Assembly: GCA_036012755.1 (NCBI GenBank)
Contig: DASCPX010000027.1
Coordinates: 128,001 to 192,000 of the forward strand
Length of the DNA: 64,000 nucleotides
Direction of reading: 5' to 3'
DNA from: Myxococcota bacterium
GTDB lineage: Bacteria; Myxococcota_A; UBA796; CAJQPC01
Position 1 is the first letter of the stretch, and each line of letters starts with the position of its first letter. The notes beneath the pieces are model-generated. The model was given only the letters and a program-made list of their open reading frames with translations, had not been told where the DNA came from and ran no database searches. The translations under genes and the position numbers were made by a program. Below are positions 25,766 through 36,766 of this stretch, piece by piece.

Positions 25766-28700
25766 ATGGCTTCCATGAAACGCCGGGACTTCTTCAAGAT
25801 GGTCGGTGTCACCGGCGCCGCCGGACTGACGGCCTGCGATGTCCGCACGCCTGTCGAGAACGTGCTGCCCTACGTCGTCACGCCCGACCAGATCACTCCT
25901 GGCATCCCCACCTTCTTCTCCTCGGTCTGCGACGGCTGCGCCGCCGGATGCGGGTCCATCCTGCGCCACCGCGAAGGCCGCATCGTGTTCGCCGCTGGAA
26001 ACCCGGACTCCCCGATCGGTCAGGGCGGACTCTGTTCGCTCGGCATCTCCGAGACCCAGGCGACCTATGACTGCGACCAGGTCACGGGTCCGATGGTCCA
26101 GGGCGCCGCGAGCGACTGGGACACGGCCCTCGCCAAGGTGTCAGAGGGCCAAAGCGGCGGTGACGTGGCCTGGATCGGTCGCTACCGGACCGGCGCCGTC
26201 GCCCGGCTGATCGCTGACTTCATGGGCGCCACCGGCGGGACGGAGCTCCACTGGGAGCCCCTCGGCTACGAGAGCCTCGCCAAGGCCGTGCAGCTCGCGT
26301 ACGGCCTCGAGGACACCCTCCCCCGGTATGTCCTCGACGACGCCGAGACCATCGTGAGCTTCGGCGCCGACTGGCTCCACACCTGGCTCGCGAACGTCGA
26401 CCACGGTGCTGGCTGGGCGAAGGCCCGCGACCTGGAGTCCGGTCACGTCGCGGCCTACTACGCCATCGAGTCGAGGCTCTCGCACAGCGGCACCCGCTGC
26501 GACACGTGGTGGGCGCCCAAGCCCGGCACAGAGGCCGGCGTGGCCCTGGCCCTGGCCAAGCTGGTCGCCGACGAGAAGGGCAGCGCGAACGGGGCCGTCC
26601 TGGGCGGCGTCGACGCTGGCGCGCTCGCAGGCGCGGCCGGCATCGACCTGCAGAAGCTCGAGACCCTGGCGAAGCGGCTGGCCTCCGGGCCCTCCGTGAT
26701 CTTCCCCGGTGGGGTCCAGAACCAGGGTGTCAACGGCACGAACCTCGCCCTCGCAACGCTCGTCCTCAACCACGTCTGCGGCAACGTCGGCAACACGGTC
26801 GACTTCGTTCGCGCCCGCAGTGTCGGCCCGATCAGCTCCTTCGCCGATGTCGAGGCCCTGCTGGCTGCCTGCGCCGCCGGCAGCGTCAAGACCCTCTTCA
26901 TCGACGGGCTCGACCTCGTCTTCAACCTGCCGAGCGACGTCGGGGTCGCGGCGGCGCTGGCCAAGGTCGACAACCTCGTCATCTTCGGGAACGGCCTCGG
27001 CGACACGCCGACGGAGGGGGCCATCCTCCTCCCGACGGGTTCCTGGCTGGAGAACTGGGGCGACGCAGAGGTCGTGAGCGGATGGCACGGCCTTCGCCAG
27101 CCCGGCATGAAGCGCATCCACGACACGCGCGGCATCGGTGACGTCCTGCTGAGCCTCGCCAAGGCCGCCGGCATGGGCCGGACGGAGGGCGACACCGGAG
27201 AGACCGCCTCGGAAGACGACGAGGTCGCCCTCGCGCTTCCCATGGTGACCGGCGCCGAGGCTCGAGCCGACTTCGAGGCCGTCGACTTCTACCGCTACGT
27301 CGCGGGCCACTGGCACGAGACGGTCTGGAGCGGCTCCGGGAGCTTCCAGGACTTCTGGGTGGACTCCCTGCGGGCCGGCTTTGCAGAGGCCACGGTCGAC
27401 GAGGTCCAGGTCGGGCTCCGCGGCGACGTTCCGACAATCCAGCCCGGCGAGGCTGTCGCCGGAGACGCGCTCCACCTCTTCCCCCACAGCAACCTCCGCG
27501 ACGGTCGAGGCGCCTCCCGCGCCTGGCTGCAGGAGATCCCCCACCCGGTCAGCGGCCTCACCTGGGCCACCTGGGCCGAGGTCAGCCCCAAGACCGCCGA
27601 GGCGCTGCACATCGAGACCTCGGAGGGCTTCACCGGCCACGTGAGGGTGAAGAGCGCGGGTGGCGAGGTCCTCGCCAACCTCCGCGTCGATAAGGGCATC
27701 GCCGATGGCCACGTCGCCGTGGTGCTCGGCAACGGCCACGAGGCCGGCGGCCGCTACGAGAAGGGCTGGGGCGCCAACGCCTTCCGCTTGCTCCAGACCG
27801 CGAAGGACCCCCTCAGCGGGGCTCTCTGCTACCTCGGCCAGACCGCGTCGATCAGCGCCGCAGCAGATGGGCCGCCTCGCAAGTCGATGAAGGGCAACGA
27901 GACGATGGACAACCGTCCGGTCGCCCTCGTCGCCAACGTCGAGCAGGTGCTCCATGGAGAGGAGCTCGACCTTCGGCAGGGAATGGGAGCGCACGTCGTC
28001 GAGGACCAGCGCCTCGTCGACGCCGGCATCCACGACTTCTACCCGGAGCCGGAGCACCCGACCTACCGCTTCGCGATGAGCTTCGACCTCGACCGTTGCA
28101 CCGGCTGCGGCGCCTGCGAGGCAGCCTGCATCGCCGAGAACAACATCGGCATCACCGGGCCCGAGCAGCACAAGCGCTACCGGTACATGGGCTGGATCCG
28201 ACTGGACCGTTTCTGGGAGGGAGAGGGCGAGCACCCCGACGTGCGCTACCTCCCAGCTGTCTGCCAGCAGTGCGCCCACGCTCCTTGCGAGGGTGTCTGC
28301 CCGGTCGTCGCGACCTACCACAACATCGATGGCCTCAACGCCATGATCTACAACCGCTGCGTCGGCACGCGGTACTGCGCGAACAACTGTCCCTACAGCT
28401 CGCGTCGCTTCAACTGGCACACCTACCTGTGGCCCGAGTCCTTCGAGCTGATGCTGAACCCCGACGTGGCCTCTCGCGAGATGGGCGTCATGGAGAAGTG
28501 CACCTTCTGCGTGCAGCGCCTCCGCGTCGCCAAGGCGGACGCCAGCCCAGGGGTTGCTGGCGACGACGTGCTGTCACACATCACGGCCTGCGCCGAGGTC
28601 TGTCCGAGCGATGCCATCGTCCTCGGCAACCGGAAGGACCCGGAGAGCGCGGTGTCGAAGCTGCACGAGGACCCGCGCAGCTACCAGCTCTTCGAGGAGC

Positions 28701-28816
28701 TCAACACCAAGAATGGCGTGCAGTACCTGGCCCGCCTGACCTTCCAGGACGCCAGCCACGGTGGCGGCCACGGTGGCGAAGAGGCCAGCGCCGGCGACCA
28801 CGATGGGGAGCACTGA
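25766..28816 (+). CDS. actB: ACIII ActB (molybdopterin-oxidoreductase-like + 4Fe-4S dicluster), Tat lipoprotein
   Basis: KRRDFFK Tat motif with LTAC lipobox; WLQEIPHP; CTGCGAC, CQQCAHAPC, CVGTRYCANNCPY, GVMEKCTFC. Confidence 0.95.
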   Translation: MASMKRRDFFKMVGVTGAAGLTACDVRTPVENVLPYVVTPDQITPGIPTFFSSVCDGCAAGCGSILRHREGRIVFAAGNPDSPIGQGGLCSLGISETQATYDCDQVTGPMVQGAASDWDTALAKVSEGQSGGDVAWIGRYRTGAVARLIADFMGATGGTELHWEPLGYESLAKAVQLAYGLEDTLPRYVLDDAETIVSFGADWLHTWLANVDHGAGWAKARDLESGHVAAYYAIESRLSHSGTRCDTWWAPKPGTEAGVALALAKLVADEKGSANGAVLGGVDAGALAGAAGIDLQKLETLAKRLASGPSVIFPGGVQNQGVNGTNLALATLVLNHVCGNVGNTVDFVRARSVGPISSFADVEALLAACAAGSVKTLFIDGLDLVFNLPSDVGVAAALAKVDNLVIFGNGLGDTPTEGAILLPTGSWLENWGDAEVVSGWHGLRQPGMKRIHDTRGIGDVLLSLAKAAGMGRTEGDTGETASEDDEVALALPMVTGAEARADFEAVDFYRYVAGHWHETVWSGSGSFQDFWVDSLRAGFAEATVDEVQVGLRGDVPTIQPGEAVAGDALHLFPHSNLRDGRGASRAWLQEIPHPVSGLTWATWAEVSPKTAEALHIETSEGFTGHVRVKSAGGEVLANLRVDKGIADGHVAVVLGNGHEAGGRYEKGWGANAFRLLQTAKDPLSGALCYLGQTASISAAADGPPRKSMKGNETMDNRPVALVANVEQVLHGEELDLRQGMGAHVVEDQRLVDAGIHDFYPEPEHPTYRFAMSFDLDRCTGCGACEAACIAENNIGITGPEQHKRYRYMGWIRLDRFWEGEGEHPDVRYLPAVCQQCAHAPCEGVCPVVATYHNIDGLNAMIYNRCVGTRYCANNCPYSSRRFNWHTYLWPESFELMLNPDVASREMGVMEKCTFCVQRLRVAKADASPGVAGDDVLSHITACAEVCPSDAIVLGNRKDPESAVSKLHEDPRSYQLFEELNTKNGVQYLARLTFQDASHGGGHGGEEASAGDHDGEH

Positions 28817-28817
28817 T

Positions 28818-30148
<1,331 letters not shown>

Positions 30149-30152
<4 letters not shown>

Positions 30153-30679
30153 GCACGAGCCCGAACAACGTGAAGGCCGTCTTCCCCTACCTGGACGACC
30201 TCCTCACGGCGATCGACCGCGTGAAGAAGGCTGGCTACAGCGACTTCACGGTCATGTCTCCGCTCCCGAGGCACGAGATCGAAGAGGCCATCTACGAAGG
30301 CAAGCCCTCCCCGGTGCGCTGGTGGACGATGCTCGGCGCGCTCGCAGGCGGGACCGGAGGCTTCGTCCTGTCCTGCCTGACCTCGGCGGTCTGGCCGATG
30401 GCGCTGCCGGGTGGAAAGCCCGTCGTCTCGATCCCGCCCTTCGTCATCATCACCTTCGAGAGCACGGTGCTCATCTCCGGCCTCATCACGCTGGCGGCCA
30501 TCATCTACCACTGCCGCTTGCCCGCCTTCGACCTCGACGTCGAGTGCTGCGACCCGCGCTACACCGTCGACCACTTCGGTCTCGTCGTCCACGGCCTCGA
30601 CTGGGACGACAAGGCGAACGTCGCCAAGCTCCTCAACGACGCCGGAGCGACCGAAGTCGCCGGCTCCACGGAGGCCTGA
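30149..30679 (+). CDS. actD: ACIII subunit ActD (DUF3341)
   Basis: GTGA overlap; SPLP.H.I, GGKP..SIPPFVIITFESTVL, DPRYTVDHF. Confidence 0.9.
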
Positions 30680-30680
30680 C

Positions 30681-31316
30681 GTGGCTGTCTCACCCCACAC
30701 CAAGCACACCATCGTCTTCGTCGCAGCCTTCTGCGCGTTGGCCGGGTACGGGACCTGGTCCATCACGACCTACGAGATCTTCCCGTCCTTCATGCAGGGA
30801 CGGCAGCTCTACTTCACGGACATGATGGACGTCCAGACGGTCAAGGCCTACGAACGCGAGATGGTTGGGCTCCCCGAGGGCACCGTGTCGAGAGACCGGT
30901 ACTTCCCCAACCACGACCGCGCGACGGACGAGGGCAAGGCGCTCACCCACGACTACGTCGCCGATCTGGACTTCCTGACCCAGGGCGAGGAGATGTTCTC
31001 GACCTACTGCGTGCCCTGCCACGGAGACGGGGGCGCGGGCATGGGGCCCGTGACCAACCCCGCCAACCCGGGCCGCTTCATGCCGCCCGCACCGGCGCTC
31101 TCCGGCAGCTACGCCCTCACCAAGAACTACACCGACGGCTACCTCTACCTCACCATCCGCAACGGCTCGTTCATCATGCCCGGCTACAGCTGGGCGATGT
31201 CCGACGAGGAGATGTGGGCCACCGTCGAATACCTCCGGACTCTGGAGGGCGCTGACTACGCACCCCCCGAGACCGCGGAAGCCGAGGACGGCGCGTCCTC
31301 GAGCGAGGAGGGCTGA
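30681..31316 (+). CDS. actE: ACIII monoheme cytochrome c ActE
   Basis: DMMD...PEGTVSR, YCVPCHG, DGYLYLTIRNG, MPGY, WATVEYLRTL. Confidence 0.9.
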   Translation: MAVSPHTKHTIVFVAAFCALAGYGTWSITTYEIFPSFMQGRQLYFTDMMDVQTVKAYEREMVGLPEGTVSRDRYFPNHDRATDEGKALTHDYVADLDFLTQGEEMFSTYCVPCHGDGGAGMGPVTNPANPGRFMPPAPALSGSYALTKNYTDGYLYLTIRNGSFIMPGYSWAMSDEEMWATVEYLRTLEGADYAPPETAEAEDGASSSEEG

Positions 31317-31319
31317 ACC

Positions 31320-32630
31320 ATGGTCGGCATTCCCCACTTCGACCCCAGACCTCATCTCGGGCCTCCCGCGATCCCCACCACGGTCAAGATCGTCGGCTTC
31401 GCGATGCTCGCGGTTGGCCTGGCTGCTCTCGCTGGCATGCTCCAGGGGGGCGAAGAGTCCGCCCTGCGAGCCCGGATCGCCTTCCTCGTCTCCATGAACT
31501 ACTTCGTCGGCATCAGCTTCGGCGGCATCGCCTTCCTGGCCGCGATGACCATCACAGAGGCCCGCTGGAGCAGGCCGCTCAAGCGCATCGCGGAGGGTTT
31601 CGCGGCCTTCACGCCGGTGATCTGGATCCTCTTCCTGCTGTTCTACGCGACCGGCGGACTCGACCTCTACGAGTGGCACAACCACCCCGAGCAGTTCCAC
31701 GGCCACAAGCACGCCTGGCTGCAGGACGGCTTCTTCCTGGGCCGCAACCTCTTCGCGATGGGCCTGCTCTCGCTGCTGGGTCTCTTGTACATCCGCGCCT
31801 CGCTGAAGCCCGACCTGCTCGCCGCCAAGGCCGAGCTCGGCTCGGTGGCACCGGCGTGGTGGGATCGCGTCATCGGCGGCGCCACGAACGTCAACGCCGA
31901 GATCGAGAGCGCCAACAAGCACATGACCGTGCTCTCCCCCATCCTCGCCATCCTCTACGCCGTCACGCTGACCCTCTATGCCTTCGACGCCATCATGAGC
32001 CTGGCGCCGCACTGGTACGCCAACATGTTCGGTGGCTGGTTCTTCGCCAGCTGTTTCTGGCTCACGATGATCGCGCTGGGGCTCTTCAGCCTGGCCATGC
32101 GTGGATGGATGGGCATCAAGCACCTGCTGAAGCCCGGCATGTACCACGACCTCGGCCAGCTGATCTTCGCCTTCTGCATCATCTGGACGTACATGTTCTT
32201 CGCTCAGCTGCTGCCCATCTGGTACGGCAACATGACGGAGGAGATCGGCTTCCTGCTGGTCCGGATGACACTCGAACCCTGGAACGACCTCGCCAAGGTC
32301 GTCGGGTGCATGTGCTTCCTGATCCCCTTCGGGACGCTGCTGTCGCGTGGCATCAAGAAGATGCCGCTGGGCTTCGCCATCGTGCTGGCGGTCCCGGCGA
32401 TCGGGATCGCGCTCGAGCGCTTCCTCGTCGCAGCCCCGAGCGTCTGGATGGGTGACACGATCCCGCTCGGCCCCGGAGAGGTCGCCATCTTCGCCGGTTT
32501 CCTGGGCGCCTTTGTCCTGGTCGTCAGCAAGTACGTCTCCAGCGTGCCCCCGGTCCCCGTGACCGACCCCTACATGCTTCCGCACCCGAACGACATCCAC
32601 GTGCACTCGCGGGACGCTGCCCACCACTGA
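31320..32630 (+). CDS. actF: ACIII membrane subunit ActF
   Basis: About 10 TM segments; FDAIMSLAPHWYANMFG, HDLGQLIFAF, IWYGNMTEE. Confidence 0.92.
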   Translation: MVGIPHFDPRPHLGPPAIPTTVKIVGFAMLAVGLAALAGMLQGGEESALRARIAFLVSMNYFVGISFGGIAFLAAMTITEARWSRPLKRIAEGFAAFTPVIWILFLLFYATGGLDLYEWHNHPEQFHGHKHAWLQDGFFLGRNLFAMGLLSLLGLLYIRASLKPDLLAAKAELGSVAPAWWDRVIGGATNVNAEIESANKHMTVLSPILAILYAVTLTLYAFDAIMSLAPHWYANMFGGWFFASCFWLTMIALGLFSLAMRGWMGIKHLLKPGMYHDLGQLIFAFCIIWTYMFFAQLLPIWYGNMTEEIGFLLVRMTLEPWNDLAKVVGCMCFLIPFGTLLSRGIKKMPLGFAIVLAVPAIGIALERFLVAAPSVWMGDTIPLGPGEVAIFAGFLGAFVLVVSKYVSSVPPVPVTDPYMLPHPNDIHVHSRDAAHH

Positions 32631-32666
32631 GATCGACTGCGGGGCCCGACGGTGCGGGCTCGGCGA

Positions 32667-34373
32667 TCAGACGATCGGGCGACGCTTCTTCGCCTGGGCC
32701 CGGACCGCGAGCATCGAGCGCGCCCGATCCAGCCCCGTTCGGTACTTCATCTCGTCAGGGACGAGGTCCGCTGCCTTGGCGTAGCAGTCGATGGCCAGAG
32801 GCTTGTCCTTGACCCTCATCGCAGCCTCGCCCTTCTTCGCGAGGGCGACGGCCGCCTTGGCGATCAGCTCCTCCCCGACGATGGCCGAGCGCGCACTCCT
32901 GCGGGCCTCCGCGTCGCCCAGCTCCTCGAGCGCGGTGGCCAGCCGGGCGTTGATCGTCGTGAGCGCTTCGGTGAGCTCGCTCGGGACCTCTCCGAACACG
33001 AGCGGGTCGTAGCGGTTCTTCAGCTTCTTGTGTGCGGCCTCGACCCCTTTCGTCGTGATGATCCAGTGGACCTCGAGCACGTCGAAGGCGTTGGCTCCCT
33101 GGACCTTTTCGCGCTTCTTCAAGATCGGACCGCGGATACGCCTCACCTTCCGCTCGAGGTCCTCGCCCTCGCCGAAGTCGATGAAGCCCATCTCGTTCAG
33201 GGCCCAGATCGTTCCAGCTGTGCCGGCCTTCGTCATCGGAGTGATCGAGAACAGCTTGCGAACCCGGAGCGGCTGCGGTTGGCTGACCAGCTCCAGCAGC
33301 TTGCGCTCCTGGTCGTCCCACGCGAAGCCTGCCAGGATCTGGCGCGCGCTGGCCCGGACGCTGATGTGGTTCTCCAGCCGCGGTCGGAGCATCGTGTAGA
33401 GCTTCTCGGAGGTGACATTCCGAGCGTGGTTCATCATGGCGCGGAACAGGACCTCTGGCACGTTGACGGGCGGGATCGCGAAGCGCTGCGGGAACTGGTC
33501 CACCGGGAAGAAGGCCCAGACACCGTCGTGAGTGCGAAGGACCATCTGGAAGATGAACTCGCACTGCCGCTTGAGCACAGCCGGGATCTGCCCAGGGGTC
33601 AACAACCCCATTCGAACCAGCGCCTCGCCCTGCTTGCAGCCCTCGCTGTCCATGATGTCGAGGGCCTGTTGGACGTGCTCGTCGCTGACCTTCTCGGCCT
33701 TCTTGAGCAGACCCCCCAAGGTCTCCTCCTCGTCGAGGGGCTCGCGTCGCCAGCCGACGGGACCGCCGTCCACCCAGAAGCCATAGCGCTGGACACCGTC
33801 CTCCTGGATCACCGTGAGCAGCCCGGTGGTCTGGTTGACGGCGATGTCCACCAGGAAGCTCCGCAGGCCACGGCCAGCGAGCGAACCCTGCGCCATCGGC
33901 GCCTGATCGAGCACATCCGGGATCTCGTAGCCGTAGGTCCGCCGCCGCGCGACGTACTGGTCATCGACGGCCTCTTCGGTCGGCGCCGCGACGGCGGGTG
34001 CGGGAACGACCCGCTCGACGATGACCTCCCTGACCTCGCCGGGGAGGACGACCTCGCCCAGATCGAGCAGGTGCTGCCTGACGCGCTCGATCGTCTGGAA
34101 GACGCTCTCGACCGCCTCGGCCACGTTGTCTGGCCAGTCCGGGACCTGAGCGGCGGTGTCGCCGTTGTCCAACACGCGGAGCACGTTGCAGCGGACCGGC
34201 CCCACGCGTCCTCGGAAGGGCAGCACGAGGTCCAGGTTGAACTGGAGCGCGAGCTCGTCGCCATCGATCGAGTCGGCGGGGACGACCACCGTGTCGTTGT
34301 CGAGGTGTTCCTCGTACTCCCGCAGGAATGTGTCGAGGTCAGAAAGGTCCCATGAGGTCGCTCGAACGGCCAT
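32667..34373 (-). CDS. multidomain protein: PilZ/TIGR02266-like + DUF4388/MshEN-like + degenerate J-domain + TPR
   Basis: DTFLREYEEHL at the N-terminus; TGLLTVI..RYGFWVDGG; LGGLL..QGEALVRMGLL; FDVLEV..KKLKNRYDP; C-terminal TPR-like helices. Confidence 0.7.
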   Translation of the reverse strand: MAVRATSWDLSDLDTFLREYEEHLDNDTVVVPADSIDGDELALQFNLDLVLPFRGRVGPVRCNVLRVLDNGDTAAQVPDWPDNVAEAVESVFQTIERVRQHLLDLGEVVLPGEVREVIVERVVPAPAVAAPTEEAVDDQYVARRRTYGYEIPDVLDQAPMAQGSLAGRGLRSFLVDIAVNQTTGLLTVIQEDGVQRYGFWVDGGPVGWRREPLDEEETLGGLLKKAEKVSDEHVQQALDIMDSEGCKQGEALVRMGLLTPGQIPAVLKRQCEFIFQMVLRTHDGVWAFFPVDQFPQRFAIPPVNVPEVLFRAMMNHARNVTSEKLYTMLRPRLENHISVRASARQILAGFAWDDQERKLLELVSQPQPLRVRKLFSITPMTKAGTAGTIWALNEMGFIDFGEGEDLERKVRRIRGPILKKREKVQGANAFDVLEVHWIITTKGVEAAHKKLKNRYDPLVFGEVPSELTEALTTINARLATALEELGDAEARRSARSAIVGEELIAKAAVALAKKGEAAMRVKDKPLAIDCYAKAADLVPDEMKYRTGLDRARSMLAVRAQAKKRRPIV

Positions 34374-35294
34374 TCAACGCTCCCGAGTGCCCAGAATGCC
34401 ATCCCGAAGCGCACGCCAGACAGGGATCTTGCCGGATCCGTCAGGCAGATCGACCACGTAGCGCGGCAGGGCGACGCCCGAGACGCGGCGCGCGAGGCCA
34501 TCGTGGAGCGCGAGGCCGTCGTTGGCGTCGACCCGGAACCGGGCGTTTCCAGCCGCGTGATCGGTGTGGTGCAGGTAGTAGGGAAAGACGCGCAGCCCGA
34601 CGAGCTCTTCGCAGAGGCGCTGGAGTACATCCACGTCGTCATTGACGCCCGAGAGCAGCACCGCCTGGTTGAGCACCGGCAGTCCAGCCCCGACGAGGCG
34701 TGAGAGGGAGCTCCGCACGGATGGGCTCAGTTCTCGAGGGTGGTTGCAGTGCACGAGCACCCACGTGGGACCCCGCCGGGCCAACCCCTCGACGAGTTCG
34801 TCGGTGACGCGCTCAGGCGCGGCGATCGGCGCGCGAGTGTGGATGCGCGTGATGGGGAGCCCGACCTCGTCGATGGCGCGGAAGACCAGCTCGTCCCTCA
34901 CGGCGAGGGGGTCTCCGCCGCTCAGGATCAGCTCACGCGCTCCGCTGCGGCGACAGACTCCCAGGGCCTGCTCGAGCTCCGCCGGGTCCGGGTCGAGGCG
35001 CCCGGCGTGGTCGTTGCGCCGGAAACAGTACCGGCAGTAGGCATGACAGCGACGGGTGAGCATCAGCAGTACACGGTCCGGGTGCTTCTGGACCACCCAG
35101 GGAGTCGGCCTCGAGCGCCGCTCCCCCACCGGGTCGACGAGCCCCTCGGGATCTGGTTCGAGCTCGGACGCAGCGGGTAGGACCTGCAGGCCCATGGGGT
35201 CCTCAGGGTCATCGACGAGCCCGAACCAGGAGCGCGGAACCCGCACGGGAAAGCGGGCGTCCACCGCGCTCCAGAGCTCGGGATCGATGCCCAT
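34374..35294 (-). CDS. epmB: KamA-family radical SAM lysine 2,3-aminomutase (EF-P beta-lysylation, EpmB)
   Basis: CHAYCRYCFRR, LSGGDPL, HCNHPRE, NQAVLL.GVND, PYYLH, GSGKIP; divergent from efp; start uncertain (frame open to 35381). Confidence 0.9.
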   Translation of the reverse strand: MGIDPELWSAVDARFPVRVPRSWFGLVDDPEDPMGLQVLPAASELEPDPEGLVDPVGERRSRPTPWVVQKHPDRVLLMLTRRCHAYCRYCFRRNDHAGRLDPDPAELEQALGVCRRSGARELILSGGDPLAVRDELVFRAIDEVGLPITRIHTRAPIAAPERVTDELVEGLARRGPTWVLVHCNHPRELSPSVRSSLSRLVGAGLPVLNQAVLLSGVNDDVDVLQRLCEELVGLRVFPYYLHHTDHAAGNARFRVDANDGLALHDGLARRVSGVALPRYVVDLPDGSGKIPVWRALRDGILGTRER

Positions 35295-35379
35295 CCTCCG
35301 AGATGCCTCCAGCCGGCCGACCGTGGGCGAAGGCCGCTCCACGGGATACGGAACGGTGATTTCTGACCGAGGCCGAGAC

Positions 35380-35955
35380 ATGGCGTCCTACTACCAGACT
35401 TCGGATTTCCGTAACGGGCTCAAGGTCGTCGTCGATGGCTATCCCTACGTGGTGACGTACTTCCAGTTCGTGAAGCCAGGCAAGGGCACGGCCTTCACAC
35501 GGACGAAGCTGAAGAACCTCATCAACGGCAACGTCATCGAGCGCACCTACCGCACGGGCGAGAGCTTGGAGCAGGCGGACTGCGAGGAGCGTCCGATGCA
35601 GTACCAGTACCAGGACGACGACATCTTCTACTTCATGGACATGGAGTCCTTCGAGACGATCGGCATCGGGGAGGAGTTCCTCGGCGGGGCCGAGAAGTAC
35701 CTGCTCGACGCGCTCGAGGTCCAGGTGATGGTCTACAACGGGCGTCCGGTCGGCATCGAGCTTCCGAACTTCATCGAGGCCGAGATCACCCACTGCGAGC
35801 CAGGGGTCAAGGGCAACACGGCACAGGGCGCGACCAAGCCGGCGACCATCTCCTGCGGCGCGACGGTCCAGGTCCCGCTCTTCGTCGAGCGAGGCGAGAT
35901 CATCAAGGTCGACACCCGTGATGGCGGCAAGTACGTCAGCCGCGTCCGGAACTAG
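35380..35955 (+). CDS. efp: translation elongation factor P
   Basis: FVKPGKGTAF, PGVKGNTA, VQVPLFV, KVDTRDG.YVSR. Confidence 0.98.
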   Translation: MASYYQTSDFRNGLKVVVDGYPYVVTYFQFVKPGKGTAFTRTKLKNLINGNVIERTYRTGESLEQADCEERPMQYQYQDDDIFYFMDMESFETIGIGEEFLGGAEKYLLDALEVQVMVYNGRPVGIELPNFIEAEITHCEPGVKGNTAQGATKPATISCGATVQVPLFVERGEIIKVDTRDGGKYVSRVRN

Positions 35956-36766
35956 CATTCCCCGGGCAGAGGTCCTGCGGGCGCGCGCCCACATCATCCG
36001 GAGCATCCGCGAGTGGTTCTGGGGCAGCGGCTTCCTCGAGGTCGAGGCGCCGACGCTCGTGCGCAGTCCGGCGATGGAAGAACACCTGGAGGCCTTCCGA
36101 GTGGGCGAGCGCTTCCTCCACACCTCGCCCGAGTTCGCGCTCAAGCGCGTGCTCGCGGCTGGACTGCCGCGCATCTTCTCCCTGGGGCCCTGCTACCGAG
36201 ACGAGGAGTGGGGTCCGCTCCACGGACACGAGTTCACGATGCTGGAGTGGTACCGGGTGGGATGCGGCTACGAAGGCATCGCCAGCGACCTCGTCGGGCT
36301 GCTCGGCGCCCTGGGAATACCCGAGCCCGTCCGTGTGACGGTGCGCGAGGCCTTTGTCGCCGTTGGGGGGCGACCAGAGGACCCCATCGAGGCCCAGCGG
36401 ACCTGGGTCAACGACGTCGAGCAGCGCTTCCAGCGTCCGACGCTGGTCTTCGACTACCCGGCGGACGAAGCCGCCCTGTCCGAGCTGCGTGGTGAGCATG
36501 CCGAGCGCTTCGAGCTGTACTGGAAGGGCGTAGAGCTCGCCAACGCCTTCACCGAGTTGCGCGATCCCACCGAGCTGCTGGAGCGCTGGGCCAAGAACAA
36601 CGCTCGGCGGCGGGCGGCAGGCAGAGCCCCCCACCCCGTCGATGCCCGCCTGGTGGAAGCCGTCGCCCGCCATCCCCGCGCCGGTGGCATCGCGCTCGGG
36701 ATCGACCGGCTGGTGATGCTGCTGCTCGGCGAAGACGACATCGAGCGGGTCCGCGTGTGTGGCTGA
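35921..36766 (+). CDS. epmA: EF-P lysine aminoacylase EpmA (GenX/PoxA)
   Basis: FLEVEAP, LHTSPEFALKR, HEFTMLEWYR, ERFELY..GVELANAFTEL, GIALGIDRL; no anticodon-binding domain; start uncertain. Confidence 0.93.
   Translation: MAASTSAASGTSIPRAEVLRARAHIIRSIREWFWGSGFLEVEAPTLVRSPAMEEHLEAFRVGERFLHTSPEFALKRVLAAGLPRIFSLGPCYRDEEWGPLHGHEFTMLEWYRVGCGYEGIASDLVGLLGALGIPEPVRVTVREAFVAVGGRPEDPIEAQRTWVNDVEQRFQRPTLVFDYPADEAALSELRGEHAERFELYWKGVELANAFTELRDPTELLERWAKNNARRRAAGRAPHPVDARLVEAVARHPRAGGIALGIDRLVMLLLGEDDIERVRVCG

Noticed and set aside
32631..32668. Intrinsic terminator after actF
   Set aside because: Only an imperfect GC hairpin without a U-tract; not enough support
35921..36766. Truncated lysyl-tRNA synthetase pseudogene
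   Set aside because: Lack of the anticodon domain, the HTSPE motif and adjacency to efp indicate EpmA
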